Assembly: GCA_977018835.1 (NCBI GenBank)
Contig: OZ361256.1
Coordinates: 4,588,001 to 4,652,000 of the forward strand
DNA: 64,000 nt
Direction of reading: 5' to 3'
Origin: Minutocellus sp. GHC0000111
Taxonomy: Eukaryota
A program made the translations under genes and the position numbers. Below the pieces are notes generated by a model, which saw nothing but the letters and a program-made list of their open reading frames with translations, was not told the DNA's origin and ran no database searches. Below, in pieces: positions 1 to 10,466 of this stretch. How positions within the stretch are numbered: position 1 is the stretch's first letter; each line of letters starts with the position of its first letter.

Positions 1-2595
1 GGGACTCTGAAACCAAGACGACGTTTTGTCTTGGCCTCGGTAGCCTCTTTCTCGGTCACATAGTGAGTTTTTGTAGCCTTTACAGGACCGAGAGCGGAGG
101 GTGGCGAGAAAAGGAATTGAAATATAGCGATGGAAGATGGCACCAAACACCACTGTGACGGGGGATCTATCCTTTGTGAAGAATTGAAGCTCACCCAATC
201 CAGTAATTACCCTATCAAACAACGGGGCGTCCGTTTCAAAGCCATCATATTGTAGTGTCTTGATAATACCCGTCAAGACACTCAGAGTAAACATTATTAA
301 TTCAGCAAAGATCCAGATCGCAGTAGCAGAGATGAAGAATCGGAATGCAATCTGGACGGGTCGCGTCATGTTGTAGGGCAGAGTTGAAAGTACCCTTTGC
401 GTCACTAGGCAACGAACAATGTAGTAAATGAAACCCAACCCGATGCAAACACTGGCGACAAGCGTGGCGCCTGTGACAACAACCTTGTCATACGTAGGCC
501 AGGTAATTGGTGCCGTTACGAAACCCAAGCCACCGATTTCCGTATCAGAACCAGGTTGGTCGCGTGCAGTCAGCTGGGGGTAACGCCAGAGCAGTGCCAC
601 TGTCATTGAAAGAAAGTACACAAAACAATAGCACATCTTTGGCCAGTAGAATGATGCAAACGGGGCAACAAAATGCCTTGGACTATCTGCAAATACCGCA
701 AGAGAAAAAATAATATGCGTGTTGCCAAACTGAGCGCATGAAGTTGATGCAAACCAGTGAATCTCGTCGAAAATGTACGAATCTCGATACGATGCTGCTA
801 CCTCCAGAGCAACGGAATACACATTATTGTAGAATGAAAGGCCAAGGCCCAACATGAGGAGCCATCGTTGTTCCACGGGCCACGTCCAGGGCCATCCATT
901 GAAAATGAGCAGAGTAACAATCCACCACAGAAAGAAGGTGGTGTAAAACACAAGAAAAATTCCATTGATGATTGCCATGACCCGATTGTCAGACCTAGCG
1001 CTTTCGACAGAAGTATTGATGATACAGCGATCATCACCTGTAAGGCATAAACTTATGGCTCCGTTTGGATCACTGTGCAAAACAAATCTCCATGCCCAAG
1101 CTTGGATAGCATCCGAGGCAACCAGGGAGTTGGGCATATCAAAGGTAATCGAATAAATAAGACCTGTTGCATCTAAGCTTTGCCTTGGATAGATGATATA
1201 TGACGGTCCGAATGCTGGCTGGAGTAATTGTTGGCGATAATTGCCCACGTTGCTACAATTCGCCCCTCTGGTACAGGCGTACAAGTGAGCGTTGACCGGC
1301 ATAGGATAATTATCAGTGTCATCCGGCCATGATTGACCATCTGTTCGCTGAAATTGCCAAGTTAGAGTAGCCTGCGTTATACCCTGCGTCACTTGGTTAC
1401 TGTCCGGAGAATGCCCATACCAAATTGCCGCACTGATATCCTCCCAATTCGCATGAAGTTCGGGGTTGGCGTCATAGTCGAGAGCCGAAGCATCGATGAT
1501 GAAAGAAGATGGCGGTGTGATGCTTTGTGCAAAGAAGGGAGGCGTTCCTGGCAAAGCACCATTCCCTCGCCAATCAGATACCTCAATACCTTCAGAGACC
1601 ACAGCGGTGTTTGCAAGAAGAACCGCCTCGCCGACGGTAACAGCAGTGTTGGGTACACAGGTGCCATTTGTGGGCTGTGAAACATCAACCTCGGGATTAG
1701 GTACCGGTTTCACTCCAGTGACATTCACTTGAGGTCGGGGGAAGCAGATGTATGCAGTCTCATTATAGCCTCCCGCGGTGCTCCTGTTTGTTACGCCCGG
1801 TACAATAGCCACCTGGTCCGTCCGTTCGCTTTCGTTGTAAACATAAACAAGACTGTAAACGATGAGCACACAGAATGTGATGTAATATGCGGTCATGATC
1901 GAAAGGACTGTGCGGTTGGATAGCCTTTCCAGCAAATAAACATTGGTGTCTATTATGTGATTTCCCATCGATAATAACTTCTTCGCCGATCTAGACAGCG
2001 TAGCCTTCTCAATAATTTCGGGCTCGAACTTGTCGGATTCATTTTTCTCTACTTCGTTGGTCTGTGGTGGCATAGGTACCGGCACTGGTATTGGCACCGG
2101 CAACGACGTGGTACTTCGGTCGATGTTATCATCGCCACCTGCTATGCCAATTTGATCACTGTCAAGCGTGCTTTCACTTATCGAACCCTTGCAGCTCTGA
2201 AAATCATCCGTCAAGACATCGGATTGGGCGAAGACTTCACCGACTACGCTGCTGGGCCTGCTACCAGTTCTACTACTTGGGCTGATTACAGAAGCCGCAT
2301 CAAAGAACATGTGGGAATCGTCATCTTCTTCGCCACCACTCCACATTTCTTGGCCATCTTCATCGGCGGAGTAGAAGCTATCATCGTCGCTATCGCTACC
2401 ATCCAGATGTCCACCACCAATCTCTGGTATTACCGACGCTCTTCTTTCGACTTCATCCTGCTCGATCCGCCGGTCCTTCCGCTCTTGGTCAGGCTGTTCA
2501 CTCCACCGAATGTCGCGATACTCATCATGCTCGGCATCGTACACAATATCCTGCGGCTTGATGGAAGACAACCACACCGGTCTCTGGCGCCTCAT
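1..2595 (-). CDS. TMEM181/Wntless-like multi-pass membrane protein (3' end outside window)
   Basis: Manual translation shows a stop-free minus-strand frame from ATG at 2595 to the window edge. It has an acidic N-terminus, one TM, a lumenal domain with N-glycosylation sequons, then several TMs with 'WPVEQRWLLML..FYNN', 'FYWPK' and 'LPYNMTRPVQIAFRFF', resembling TMEM181/Wntless motifs. Confidence 0.7.
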   Translation of the reverse strand, partial: MRRQRPVWLSSIKPQDIVYDAEHDEYRDIRWSEQPDQERKDRRIEQDEVERRASVIPEIGGGHLDGSDSDDDSFYSADEDGQEMWSGGEEDDDSHMFFDAASVISPSSRTGSRPSSVVGEVFAQSDVLTDDFQSCKGSISESTLDSDQIGIAGGDDNIDRSTTSLPVPIPVPVPMPPQTNEVEKNESDKFEPEIIEKATLSRSAKKLLSMGNHIIDTNVYLLERLSNRTVLSIMTAYYITFCVLIVYSLVYVYNESERTDQVAIVPGVTNRSTAGGYNETAYICFPRPQVNVTGVKPVPNPEVDVSQPTNGTCVPNTAVTVGEAVLLANTAVVSEGIEVSDWRGNGALPGTPPFFAQSITPPSSFIIDASALDYDANPELHANWEDISAAIWYGHSPDSNQVTQGITQATLTWQFQRTDGQSWPDDTDNYPMPVNAHLYACTRGANCSNVGNYRQQLLQPAFGPSYIIYPRQSLDATGLIYSITFDMPNSLVASDAIQAWAWRFVLHSDPNGAISLCLTGDDRCIINTSVESARSDNRVMAIINGIFLVFYTTFFLWWIVTLLIFNGWPWTWPVEQRWLLMLGLGLSFYNNVYSVALEVAASYRDSYIFDEIHWFASTSCAQFGNTHIIFSLAVFADSPRHFVAPFASFYWPKMCYCFVYFLSMTVALLWRYPQLTARDQPGSDTEIGGLGFVTAPITWPTYDKVVVTGATLVASVCIGLGFIYYIVRCLVTQRVLSTLPYNMTRPVQIAFRFFISATAIWIFAELIMFTLSVLTGIIKTLQYDGFETDAPLFDRVITGLGELQFFTKDRSPVTVVFGAIFHRYISIPFLATLRSRSCKGYKNSLCDRERGYRGQDKTSSWFQSP

Positions 2596-2606
2596 TCTTT
2601 CTACTC

Positions 2607-2640
2607 GTACGTGTTGTCACCGGTACGTGTTGTCACCGGT
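2607..2640. repeat. 16-bp tandem duplication
   Basis: gtacgtgttgtcaccg x2 immediately upstream of the 2595 ATG. Confidence 0.8.
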
Positions 2641-3692
2641 CGAGGAGCTTTTTAGTCGTCGCGCGCCGACGCAAAGATGCGCCTGCGAATTCAATCGATA
2701 CCCAAGCCGCTGCAAGTAATAGTAAAAGAACAAAGGTGGAAACAGTCGCCGCGCAGAGCCCGACCAATGGAGCGACGATGGTCGAAGCCTCGGCCTCTCG
2801 GCGGTCCCCCAAAGTATGGTCGCTTCCGGCCATGCCCAACGCGCAACACGGGATTCGTACTGTTTCTGAGTCGTCATGATGAAGCCAAAAGAAAGAATGT
2901 GCACGATTTTGCCATATTGCTTAGGAGTCAGTCTGTTCTACATGACTCGTTTTCTTGTGGCTCGCAGCTAGCTACAGCTGTAGATTTAGGCGCAAGCATT
3001 TGATTAGCTATTATCTAACTCTCTAGATCTGAGCAACGGAGTTTTAGACACCATCGTCTTCATCGTCGTCAACGTCGTCAACGCTCCTCGCAAAAAAACG
3101 ATGCCGATCACGCAACTCCACCCTCCTTTTCTCAAGAGCAGCCTCGCAGATTGACAACATTACATCTTCCGCCTCGATCATAATCTCTTTCCGTATTTGT
3201 ACAAGTTCCTTCTCAAAGCCATGGATAATTGCATCGCCTTGTGATCTTAGATCCCCACCTGGAATGGCATCTCCTGCGGTAGTACCGTCGGGGTTTCGCG
3301 AGCTGTGGGTTCACTTGTTGAGGCAACTCGGAATTGAGAAGGAGTCTTGGGATGTGGCCACCGATGGGCGTCAACTATCGGGTATAAGATGCAAAGCCAA
3401 GTAGCGATGCTTTTTTTAATCTTTGGCATTGGTACTTGGCGAGTTACTTTTCATTTTGATGTAAAACTTATGACGCCGCTTTCTACTACGTACCTAGGTA
3501 CGTAATAGGCCCCGGAGACAGCATGCCAGTCCATATCAATCACCTCAGCCTTGTGATGCCGCCGCGCTGGGGGAAAGCGCACAGAGGGCCGCTCCAACGA
3601 CGAATGGTTTTGATATCTGTCCAGATTAATCACCATCGATCGAACAAAACCATTCGCCTTACAAATTAAGCTGCAGCTGTAATTGGACAACA

Positions 3693-5060
3693 ATGAGTAA
3701 TGACAGCAGTAGCGACCTGGACAAGAGGCAGACATCAACGCTGCCGAGGATGCCGAGTCCGTGTGAGCTTCCTGGCGGAGCGCTGCCAGCGCAAAGCTCA
3801 AGCACGAAGGTGCTCATGATGGCATCTAATAGCATCACGATGCAGCCGTCCCGACGCAGCTCGATGAATAGCCACGTCTCTTCTCGTTCTTTTGATATTG
3901 ATCCCAACGCCGACCTTATCAAGCCAACATCGTCTGATGACACCATTGATATCAACGTCGAAATTCAACGCATATTGGGGGAAGATAGCGACAAATCTAC
4001 TTCCAGTCACGTGGAATCGTCGGCCGGTAGAACGAATTCGAGCTCTCTTGGATGCACTGAGGAGACTCAAGACGTAGGCGAAGATGCTCTGGAAGTCGCC
4101 GACAGCACCAAGATTTCTCCTGTCCATTACAAGGAGCCACTCTCTCCACAAGAGGATACCGGATCTCTGGCTCTTATCGCAGCAGCGGCGGCGGCCGCAA
4201 TCTCAGCACCGAATGAGTCAACTGCCATGCCATGTGCAGCGGCAAATGATGAGCAACGACAGAGAATTGATTTGAGAGGGGTCTCTCATTCCATGGTCGG
4301 CGATCGCAACGAGCCATATGAATCAAAGGCTTGCGACGATGCTTCTGGGGATCCGTATTCCGTGGTGCACCAACAGCATTCACACAGCTTTAGCGGCGGT
4401 GGCGTCTATCTCGAGTACAACACTCTATCAAATGCCAACACGCTTGTTGCAGGGATGACAGTCAATGGAGCCCAGGGATACAGTGAATATATTCCAGCAT
4501 CCCACAGCTTTGGCATGACCATTCATCCATCGGCCATGGGGACGGGAGTGGCATGTGCTCCTAATACTTGGAGTAGAAACGGCCACAGCCCTCCTGCAGA
4601 CGAAGTTGGTAGAGTTGAAGAGGTCACAGAAACAAAGAGATGGAGAAGAAGGCGGCCCAAGAAGAAGAAGGCGTCGTCTTCGCCGGAAAAACAAAAGATC
4701 CCATTCGAGCGCAGGCCGGCCAAGGGACCAGGATCGCGCGGCAAGAGAGGGAGCTACAAGTGCCGTCTCTGTGGCCAGGCCAAAGCGAAACACATCTGCT
4801 CGGCTGTCGAACCTTACGATGCATCTTTGCAGGAGGATGCACAAGTTCAGACCGAAACTACTTTTGCCGACGAAAAGATTGCACTCAGTAGCGGTATCAG
4901 AGTGATTGCAGTCCGCGAGAGGAAAGCTGGAGAAGTTTCGGTGAATATGCTGGATGAGAAAGACGAGAAATTAGGCGAAGAAGCTGGCGAGGTAATTCTG
5001 AACGTTGGCCATGGCAATGGCGAGGAGGGTGAGGACGCCATACCCTTCGCGGCGGTGTAA
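3693..5060 (+). CDS. Hypothetical nuclear protein with basic NLS and small CxxC-x6-HxC zinc finger
   Basis: 455-aa ORF; 'KRWRRRRPKKKK' followed by 'RGSYKCRLCGQAKAKHIC'. Confidence 0.7.
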   Translation: MSNDSSSDLDKRQTSTLPRMPSPCELPGGALPAQSSSTKVLMMASNSITMQPSRRSSMNSHVSSRSFDIDPNADLIKPTSSDDTIDINVEIQRILGEDSDKSTSSHVESSAGRTNSSSLGCTEETQDVGEDALEVADSTKISPVHYKEPLSPQEDTGSLALIAAAAAAAISAPNESTAMPCAAANDEQRQRIDLRGVSHSMVGDRNEPYESKACDDASGDPYSVVHQQHSHSFSGGGVYLEYNTLSNANTLVAGMTVNGAQGYSEYIPASHSFGMTIHPSAMGTGVACAPNTWSRNGHSPPADEVGRVEEVTETKRWRRRRPKKKKASSSPEKQKIPFERRPAKGPGSRGKRGSYKCRLCGQAKAKHICSAVEPYDASLQEDAQVQTETTFADEKIALSSGIRVIAVRERKAGEVSVNMLDEKDEKLGEEAGEVILNVGHGNGEEGEDAIPFAAV

Positions 5061-5102
5061 TGTGTTGTGCATCGTGGATTGTTGGACACGTAGAGTAAAT
5101 CT

Positions 5103-6320
5103 TTAGAGCAACGACATGATTTGATCGGGCAACACGATACCATTCTGTTTCAACAGAGCCTTTCCCATGCGACGCTGAGGCAGGCTACCGAGCAATCCCT
5201 TGAGGCGAAGGCACGCCAGCTCATGCTCGTCCAGATCGCCCGGTCGGAGCGGTCCGTTGCCCTCCCCATCGCTCTTGCTGCTCATGTGGGCCAACGTGAT
5301 GCTCGTGGCCACACTCAAGTTGAAGCTCTCGGCAAATCCGCACATGGGCAACGTGAAGGTCTTGTCGGCCAACCCGCGCATCTCTTCCGATATGCCCCGC
5401 TCTTCGTTGCCCATCACCACGCACACCGGACCGGCGGCATCCCAGTCCAGTTCTCGCACGTCGACGCTGTCGGGGTTGAGATCGGTGGCCCATATCTGAT
5501 AACCCTGGGCCTTGATCTGGGCGACGGCATCGGCCGTACTCATGTGATTGCGCAGCGTCAGCCACTTGGCGCTGCCCATGGCCGTGCGCATGCCGGACTT
5601 GGCGCTGATGGCCATCTTGCCCTCGTACATGCCCGAGTCGATGATGACGTCGACGTTCTGCACCCCAAAGGAATCGATGGTGCGGAGGCACGCCCATACG
5701 TTCGAAGGGTTGGAGGGATTCTCGTACAAAAATTTGGCCCGCTTCGTCCGCTGCCCCAGCACCGTGTCGATGCGTTCCACTCGGTCGGCATTGATGTACG
5801 GCTCCAGTACGGCCATGGCCGATGATACCAGCTCGGGGGTGAGGCTCTTGTAGGCCTCGTTGAGCTCGTCCATCCTCTTGGCCGCCTCCCGGTCCTTGAT
5901 GGCTTCGAGTTTGGTCACCTTGGCAAAGTCCTCGGCGGAATCCTGACCGCGGGCAATCTGATTGAGCAAATTTTGCGATTCATTGTCACCGTCGCTGCCA
6001 TTGCCTGAAAAGCGAGTGTCCAATTTGGGATTGGTGGAGAAATCGAACGTCTCCCACGACAGCTCGCCGTCGGTGGCCTCGCTGGGTTCGGCCGACACCT
6101 TGTCGAGCTTGCGGGGATGGTTGACTGTATTTTTTGACGACGACGACGAAGAAAAGAGGCGAGTGCTGGTGCTGCTCTGCATCTGACTCAGGTGCGAGCT
6201 CATCATGGAGGAGGAGGAAGCAGGCATGAAAGCCGCCGCGACGCAGTGATCTCCTCCTCGTCTGATCGCCGCACAAGCATGTAGGGTTGCCATGGTGAAT
6301 GTGAATGTCTTTGCGTGCAT
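5103..6320 (-). CDS. SpoU/TrmH-family tRNA/rRNA 2'-O-methyltransferase, probably organelle (plastid) targeted
   Basis: 'ENPSNPSNVWACLRTIDSFG', 'VVMGNEERGIS', 'LPMCGFAESFNLSVA' SPOUT motifs; N-terminal 'VAAAFMPASSSS' resembles a bipartite plastid presequence. Confidence 0.9.
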   Translation of the reverse strand: MHAKTFTFTMATLHACAAIRRGGDHCVAAAFMPASSSSMMSSHLSQMQSSTSTRLFSSSSSSKNTVNHPRKLDKVSAEPSEATDGELSWETFDFSTNPKLDTRFSGNGSDGDNESQNLLNQIARGQDSAEDFAKVTKLEAIKDREAAKRMDELNEAYKSLTPELVSSAMAVLEPYINADRVERIDTVLGQRTKRAKFLYENPSNPSNVWACLRTIDSFGVQNVDVIIDSGMYEGKMAISAKSGMRTAMGSAKWLTLRNHMSTADAVAQIKAQGYQIWATDLNPDSVDVRELDWDAAGPVCVVMGNEERGISEEMRGLADKTFTLPMCGFAESFNLSVATSITLAHMSSKSDGEGNGPLRPGDLDEHELACLRLKGLLGSLPQRRMGKALLKQNGIVLPDQIMSLL

Positions 6321-6851
6321 CTGCGATATGAATGGCGGCTGTTGGTGCTGGGAGCGGCGGAGGCGGTTGCTGCTCGTCGTCCTTGGGGGCTGAATGAAAG
6401 CAAAGCAAAAAAAAAAGATCGGCTCTGAGGACGTCTTGCCGTCAACCCTCGGCTCTGCCGTGCCTGCCTGACCTGCCTGCCGCTGATGTCATTTTGGACG
6501 GTACATGTATCGCGAAAGGGCGGCGATACTAGTACGACCACACGAGAGCACAACAGCACCTTCATAGTCCTGCCGTTCAAAGTAGCTGATCGTGATATAT
6601 CAGCCGTTCACTTCGTGCTCGGTGTTTGTCGGTATCTTCTTTGATTTCTGCCAAAAGCTAAAGCAGCACATCTCGTGTTGCTTTGCATCGGCACAAGTAC
6701 CATTGGTAACTTTCAGCAGTTCCACTGCTTCTCCCTTGGCCCAACTCGACTCAAGTACAGCTTGCCAACCCCCTCTTCGAACGGGTGCAGATATCCGACC
6801 AACGTTGCTTGCTTTGATATAATTTGAGAAAGTTTCGCAAGAAGCACCATA

Positions 6852-9800
6852 ATGCCCGTCGACGAGTTTGGCAGAGAGATCCCCGCCGTCGGCGGCGGAG
6901 GCGGAGAGGCCGGACATGGAGGAGGCGGCACCTCCTCCTCGGCGGCCGCCCCCCACCGCTCCCGCAGCCGGAGCCGCGACCGGGACGACGACTGGCGGAC
7001 CGGCGGAGGCGCTGATATTACCGGCGCTGGCGGCGGCGAGGGTGGCGGCGGTGGCAGAAGCGCCGAAGACGACCTGGCCCGCGATCCGTTTGGGCTCGAC
7101 GCGCGCGGTTCCGGCGGTGGTGGAATTGGAGGTGGTGGCGGCGATTCGTCATCGCGCGGTGGAGGAGGAGGTGGATACGAGGGCCGGGGCCGCCGCGGTG
7201 ATCGCGATCGCGGCGACGGCCCGCCGACGGCGATCGCGACCGAGACGGAGGGGGCAGCAGCAGCAGGTGGGGGGAGGGCAGCAGGTCCGGCCGGCCGAGG
7301 TCGCGCTCCTCCCGCCGAGGCGGCGGCGGTGGCAAGGGTGGCAGTGGCGGTGGAGGTGGCGGCGGAGATTATTTCGGACCCAGCGGCGGTGGAGGCGGGG
7401 GTGGACGTCGTCGGTCTCCCTCGCCCGAATCGGGACACTATGGATCGTCCTCGTCGAGACGTCGCAGCGGCGGCGGAGGAGGCGGTGGGAGACACTCTCA
7501 CGGAGGTGGAGGAGGTGGACATCACCACCATCATCATCATGGTCATGGACGCCACGGCCACGGGCAGCGTCACAAGGCCCACCCCTCCGAACGCTACGTC
7601 GACGTGCCGTTGCTGTGCGAGTACCTGTGGAACGAGGAGGTCAAGGGAGGTGACAATAAGGACCACGGCAAGGAGGACAATACGGAGGAGAAGAAGGTAG
7701 ATGATGCCGCCGAAGACGGTGATGATGACGACAAGAAGGAACATGACGATGGTGGTGATGACAAGCCCAAGGATGAGAATGAGGATTCTGCCAATGCCAA
7801 TAATAGTGCGGACGAGGCCAAGAAGGAGAACGACGCTGAAAACGACAATGGCGGCACCGCCAAGGACGAAGCGGCAACCATCACCACCACCACCTACTCC
7901 AACTACGTCTCCACGTACTGCCTGTCGTACGTGCGCACCTTCTTCAACGACCACCTCGACGATGCCTGGTTCCGCAATCGGTACTCACCCCTCGAACGGC
8001 GGAGGGTGGCGCAGACCGAGCGCGATCGCAAGGCGTACGAGGCCAGGATCATGATTGCCGGTGCCACGGAAAGTCTGGAGAAGCAGAATTCCGCAACCAT
8101 CACCAAGAAGGAGGAGGAAGGCGATGCTGATGGGGGTGGGGGTGGTAGTGAGGAGGACAAGCCCTGTGACTTTGTCCTTGCCGCACGTCTTTCGGGTGGG
8201 AAAAAGCCCGGTGCGGGTGGTACCGCCGGTGCCGGTGGCGGCAGCGCTGAGGGCGTTGGGATGGACGCTGCTCTTCCCTCCTCTCGCGGCGGCGATGCAG
8301 GTGGTACCCGCGACAAGAAGAGGGGTGGCAGCACTGCTGCTGCTCCCTCGGATGTCCCCCAGACCCATGTCCATGCCTCGGTATCGTCCAACCGCACCCT
8401 TCGCGTCCTCGACGTGCCGTGTCACGTCACCGACAAGCAGCTGTCGGATGCCCTGGCCGATCATGTCGATCTGCCCGCCGCCAGCGGCAAGGGCAGCAAC
8501 GGCGGCATCGTTGCGGTCTATTCCACCACGGTCGGAGGTGATTCGCACGGTTCTGCCTCGGGCGTTGGCACACATGATCATTGGAAGCGCCGCGATGGTG
8601 GTTCAGGAGGTGGCGGCTTTCTGGATCGCAGTTGCTTTGTTGTCATGGAGAGTGTGGAGGCGAGGGTAAGTGAACTGTTGTTTCGTTTTATTCATTTATT
8701 TGTGGCACCTGTTATTTGGCTGTCAATGGCTAAACCTTGTTGCATTCATTACTTGTTCTCTTGTTCGTGTGCCGCAGGAAAATCTCCTTGAGAATCTAAC
8801 CAAGGCCAACGAGGATTCTCACCGTCGCCGCCACCGAGGAGACAAGGACAAGGGCAAAGGGCCGGCTGCATTCCTAGAGCTCGACGTCGACTGCACGGAT
8901 CCCTACGGACGGTATGATATCGACGCAGATGGCAAGGGAAGTGGCCCCGCCAATGCCGATGAATTTGGCCCAGATGATGAGGACAATCCTGGCAAGTTGC
9001 CGATCCGCCGGGCCACGGTGTTCGTTGCGACTGCATCTCCGTTCTCCGAGCAGCCCACTTCCGTCCTAAGCGCTGCTGTGTCAAGCTCGGCCCGTATTGG
9101 CAGGGACGGTGCTCAGGCCACCACTATTTCCAGAGCTTTGGATGTTGCTGCCGCTATCCCCCGAGGTACGAGGCTCGATGATCTGCTTGAGCTCCTCTTT
9201 CCTGCTGGAACCGGGGCACTGGAGAGCGCCTCCTCCAGCCCCGATCGCTGCCAGGAAGCCGAGGATATCCTCGACGTTACCATTGCCTACCTTCGCCGTG
9301 TCCACCTTTTCTCCTTCTACAATGGATGCACGTCAGCCGATAATCTTGGCGATGTGCTTGGTGGGAAGCATCCCTCCGGGACTATCCACCTTCGACTTTC
9401 TGGGGCAGACGAAATTCTGAAGAAAGCCGAGGAGGAGGCCGAGGCACCTTTCGATGAAGAAAAGCCCGAGTCTGATCCTGCGGGGGGCACTGCCGAGGAC
9501 GGTGGTGCCTCAGTGACAAAGGATCTCTTGGTGAGACGGCTCGATGAAAGCATATCCAAAGCGTTGGAGGAGATGACGTCCAGCGTCATCGCGGCTTCCT
9601 CGGATGATTGTCCAGTCGACGACAAAACGAATGCTCTCGCCAAGGAGATTGAAGCTGCCGAGGAGGCTGTGACTCCTACCTGGATCAACGACCACGCCCT
9701 CGTCGACGAAGATGGGCAGAGCTCGTTGCTCTTTCCACTTTTGCCGCAAGCTGTTCAAGGATCGCAAATTCCTCGAGAAGCATCTCGTGAAGAAGCACTC

Positions 9801-10236
9801 CGAGCACCTACGCGCTGAGAAGGCCAAGTGCCACGATGGCCACATGATGAAAGCGTGGGATGCCGAAGAAGTTCGGCCGGCACCTCCCGTCCTAGTCGAC
9901 TGTGGATCGCGTTTCGGTATGGTCCCAAACAATGTCGTCGGGGCTGAACCCGTCGCGGAAGACCCTGAGCCCGGCCTCTGGGCAAAGGAAGAGGAACGAC
10001 GTGCAAAAATCGAGGAGGAGCAGAGACAACGCCGAGAGAGAAGGGCAGCTGCCGCTGAAGCGGATGGTGAGATGGACAATGGTCTTGGTGCAGGCTCCAA
10101 GCGTCCTCGAGGAGCTAGCGGCAACTTCGTCGACGTTGATGACATGCAAGATGAGAAGGTGGAGTTGTCCTTCGAGGCCGTCGAGGTTCCAGTCCCTCAA
10201 CCCAAGAAGAAAAAGAAGAAGAGGAAGCTGCTGTAA
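6852..10236 (+). CDS. SRRT: SERRATE/ARS2 homolog; intron 8666-8777; apparent frameshifts near 7220 and 9715
   Basis: RG/RS-rich N-terminus; 'FFNDHLDDAWFRNRYSP'; 'LDVTIAYLRRVHLFSFY'; C2H2 'CSFHFCRKLFKDRKFLEKHLVKKH'; GTAAGT..GCAG intron joins the frames. Confidence 0.85.
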
Positions 10237-10466
10237 TGGGCTTGTATAGCCATTACCGCCCTTTGTTCATGTTCCGGGAAATATTCATTTGTTCTGTGCC
10301 TTTCAGTCTTTTGCATTCCGTCTAGCAGCTACCATTGCACAGTTGCTCGCCGTACCAGGTACATCCGTTAGTAATCTAAGCATAACATACTGTTGAAGAT
10401 CATATCATACATGTATGTGTAGCTTTCTTGTTTTTATGTAGCTGCTTACCCGTGTGTCTATCTTGT

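Noticed and set aside
507..2655. Short plus-strand ORFs and an initial suspicion of a decayed retroelement
   Set aside because: They are antisense shadows of the continuous minus-strand membrane-protein ORF; no RT or integrase motifs.
3044..3660. Coding-like minus-strand fragment (..IIHGFEKELVQIRKEIMIEAEDVMLSICEAALEKRR..) with a KHRYL motif reminiscent of Pop5/Rpp14
   Set aside because: Interrupted by stops and frame changes with no further family motifs; cannot be supported as a gene.
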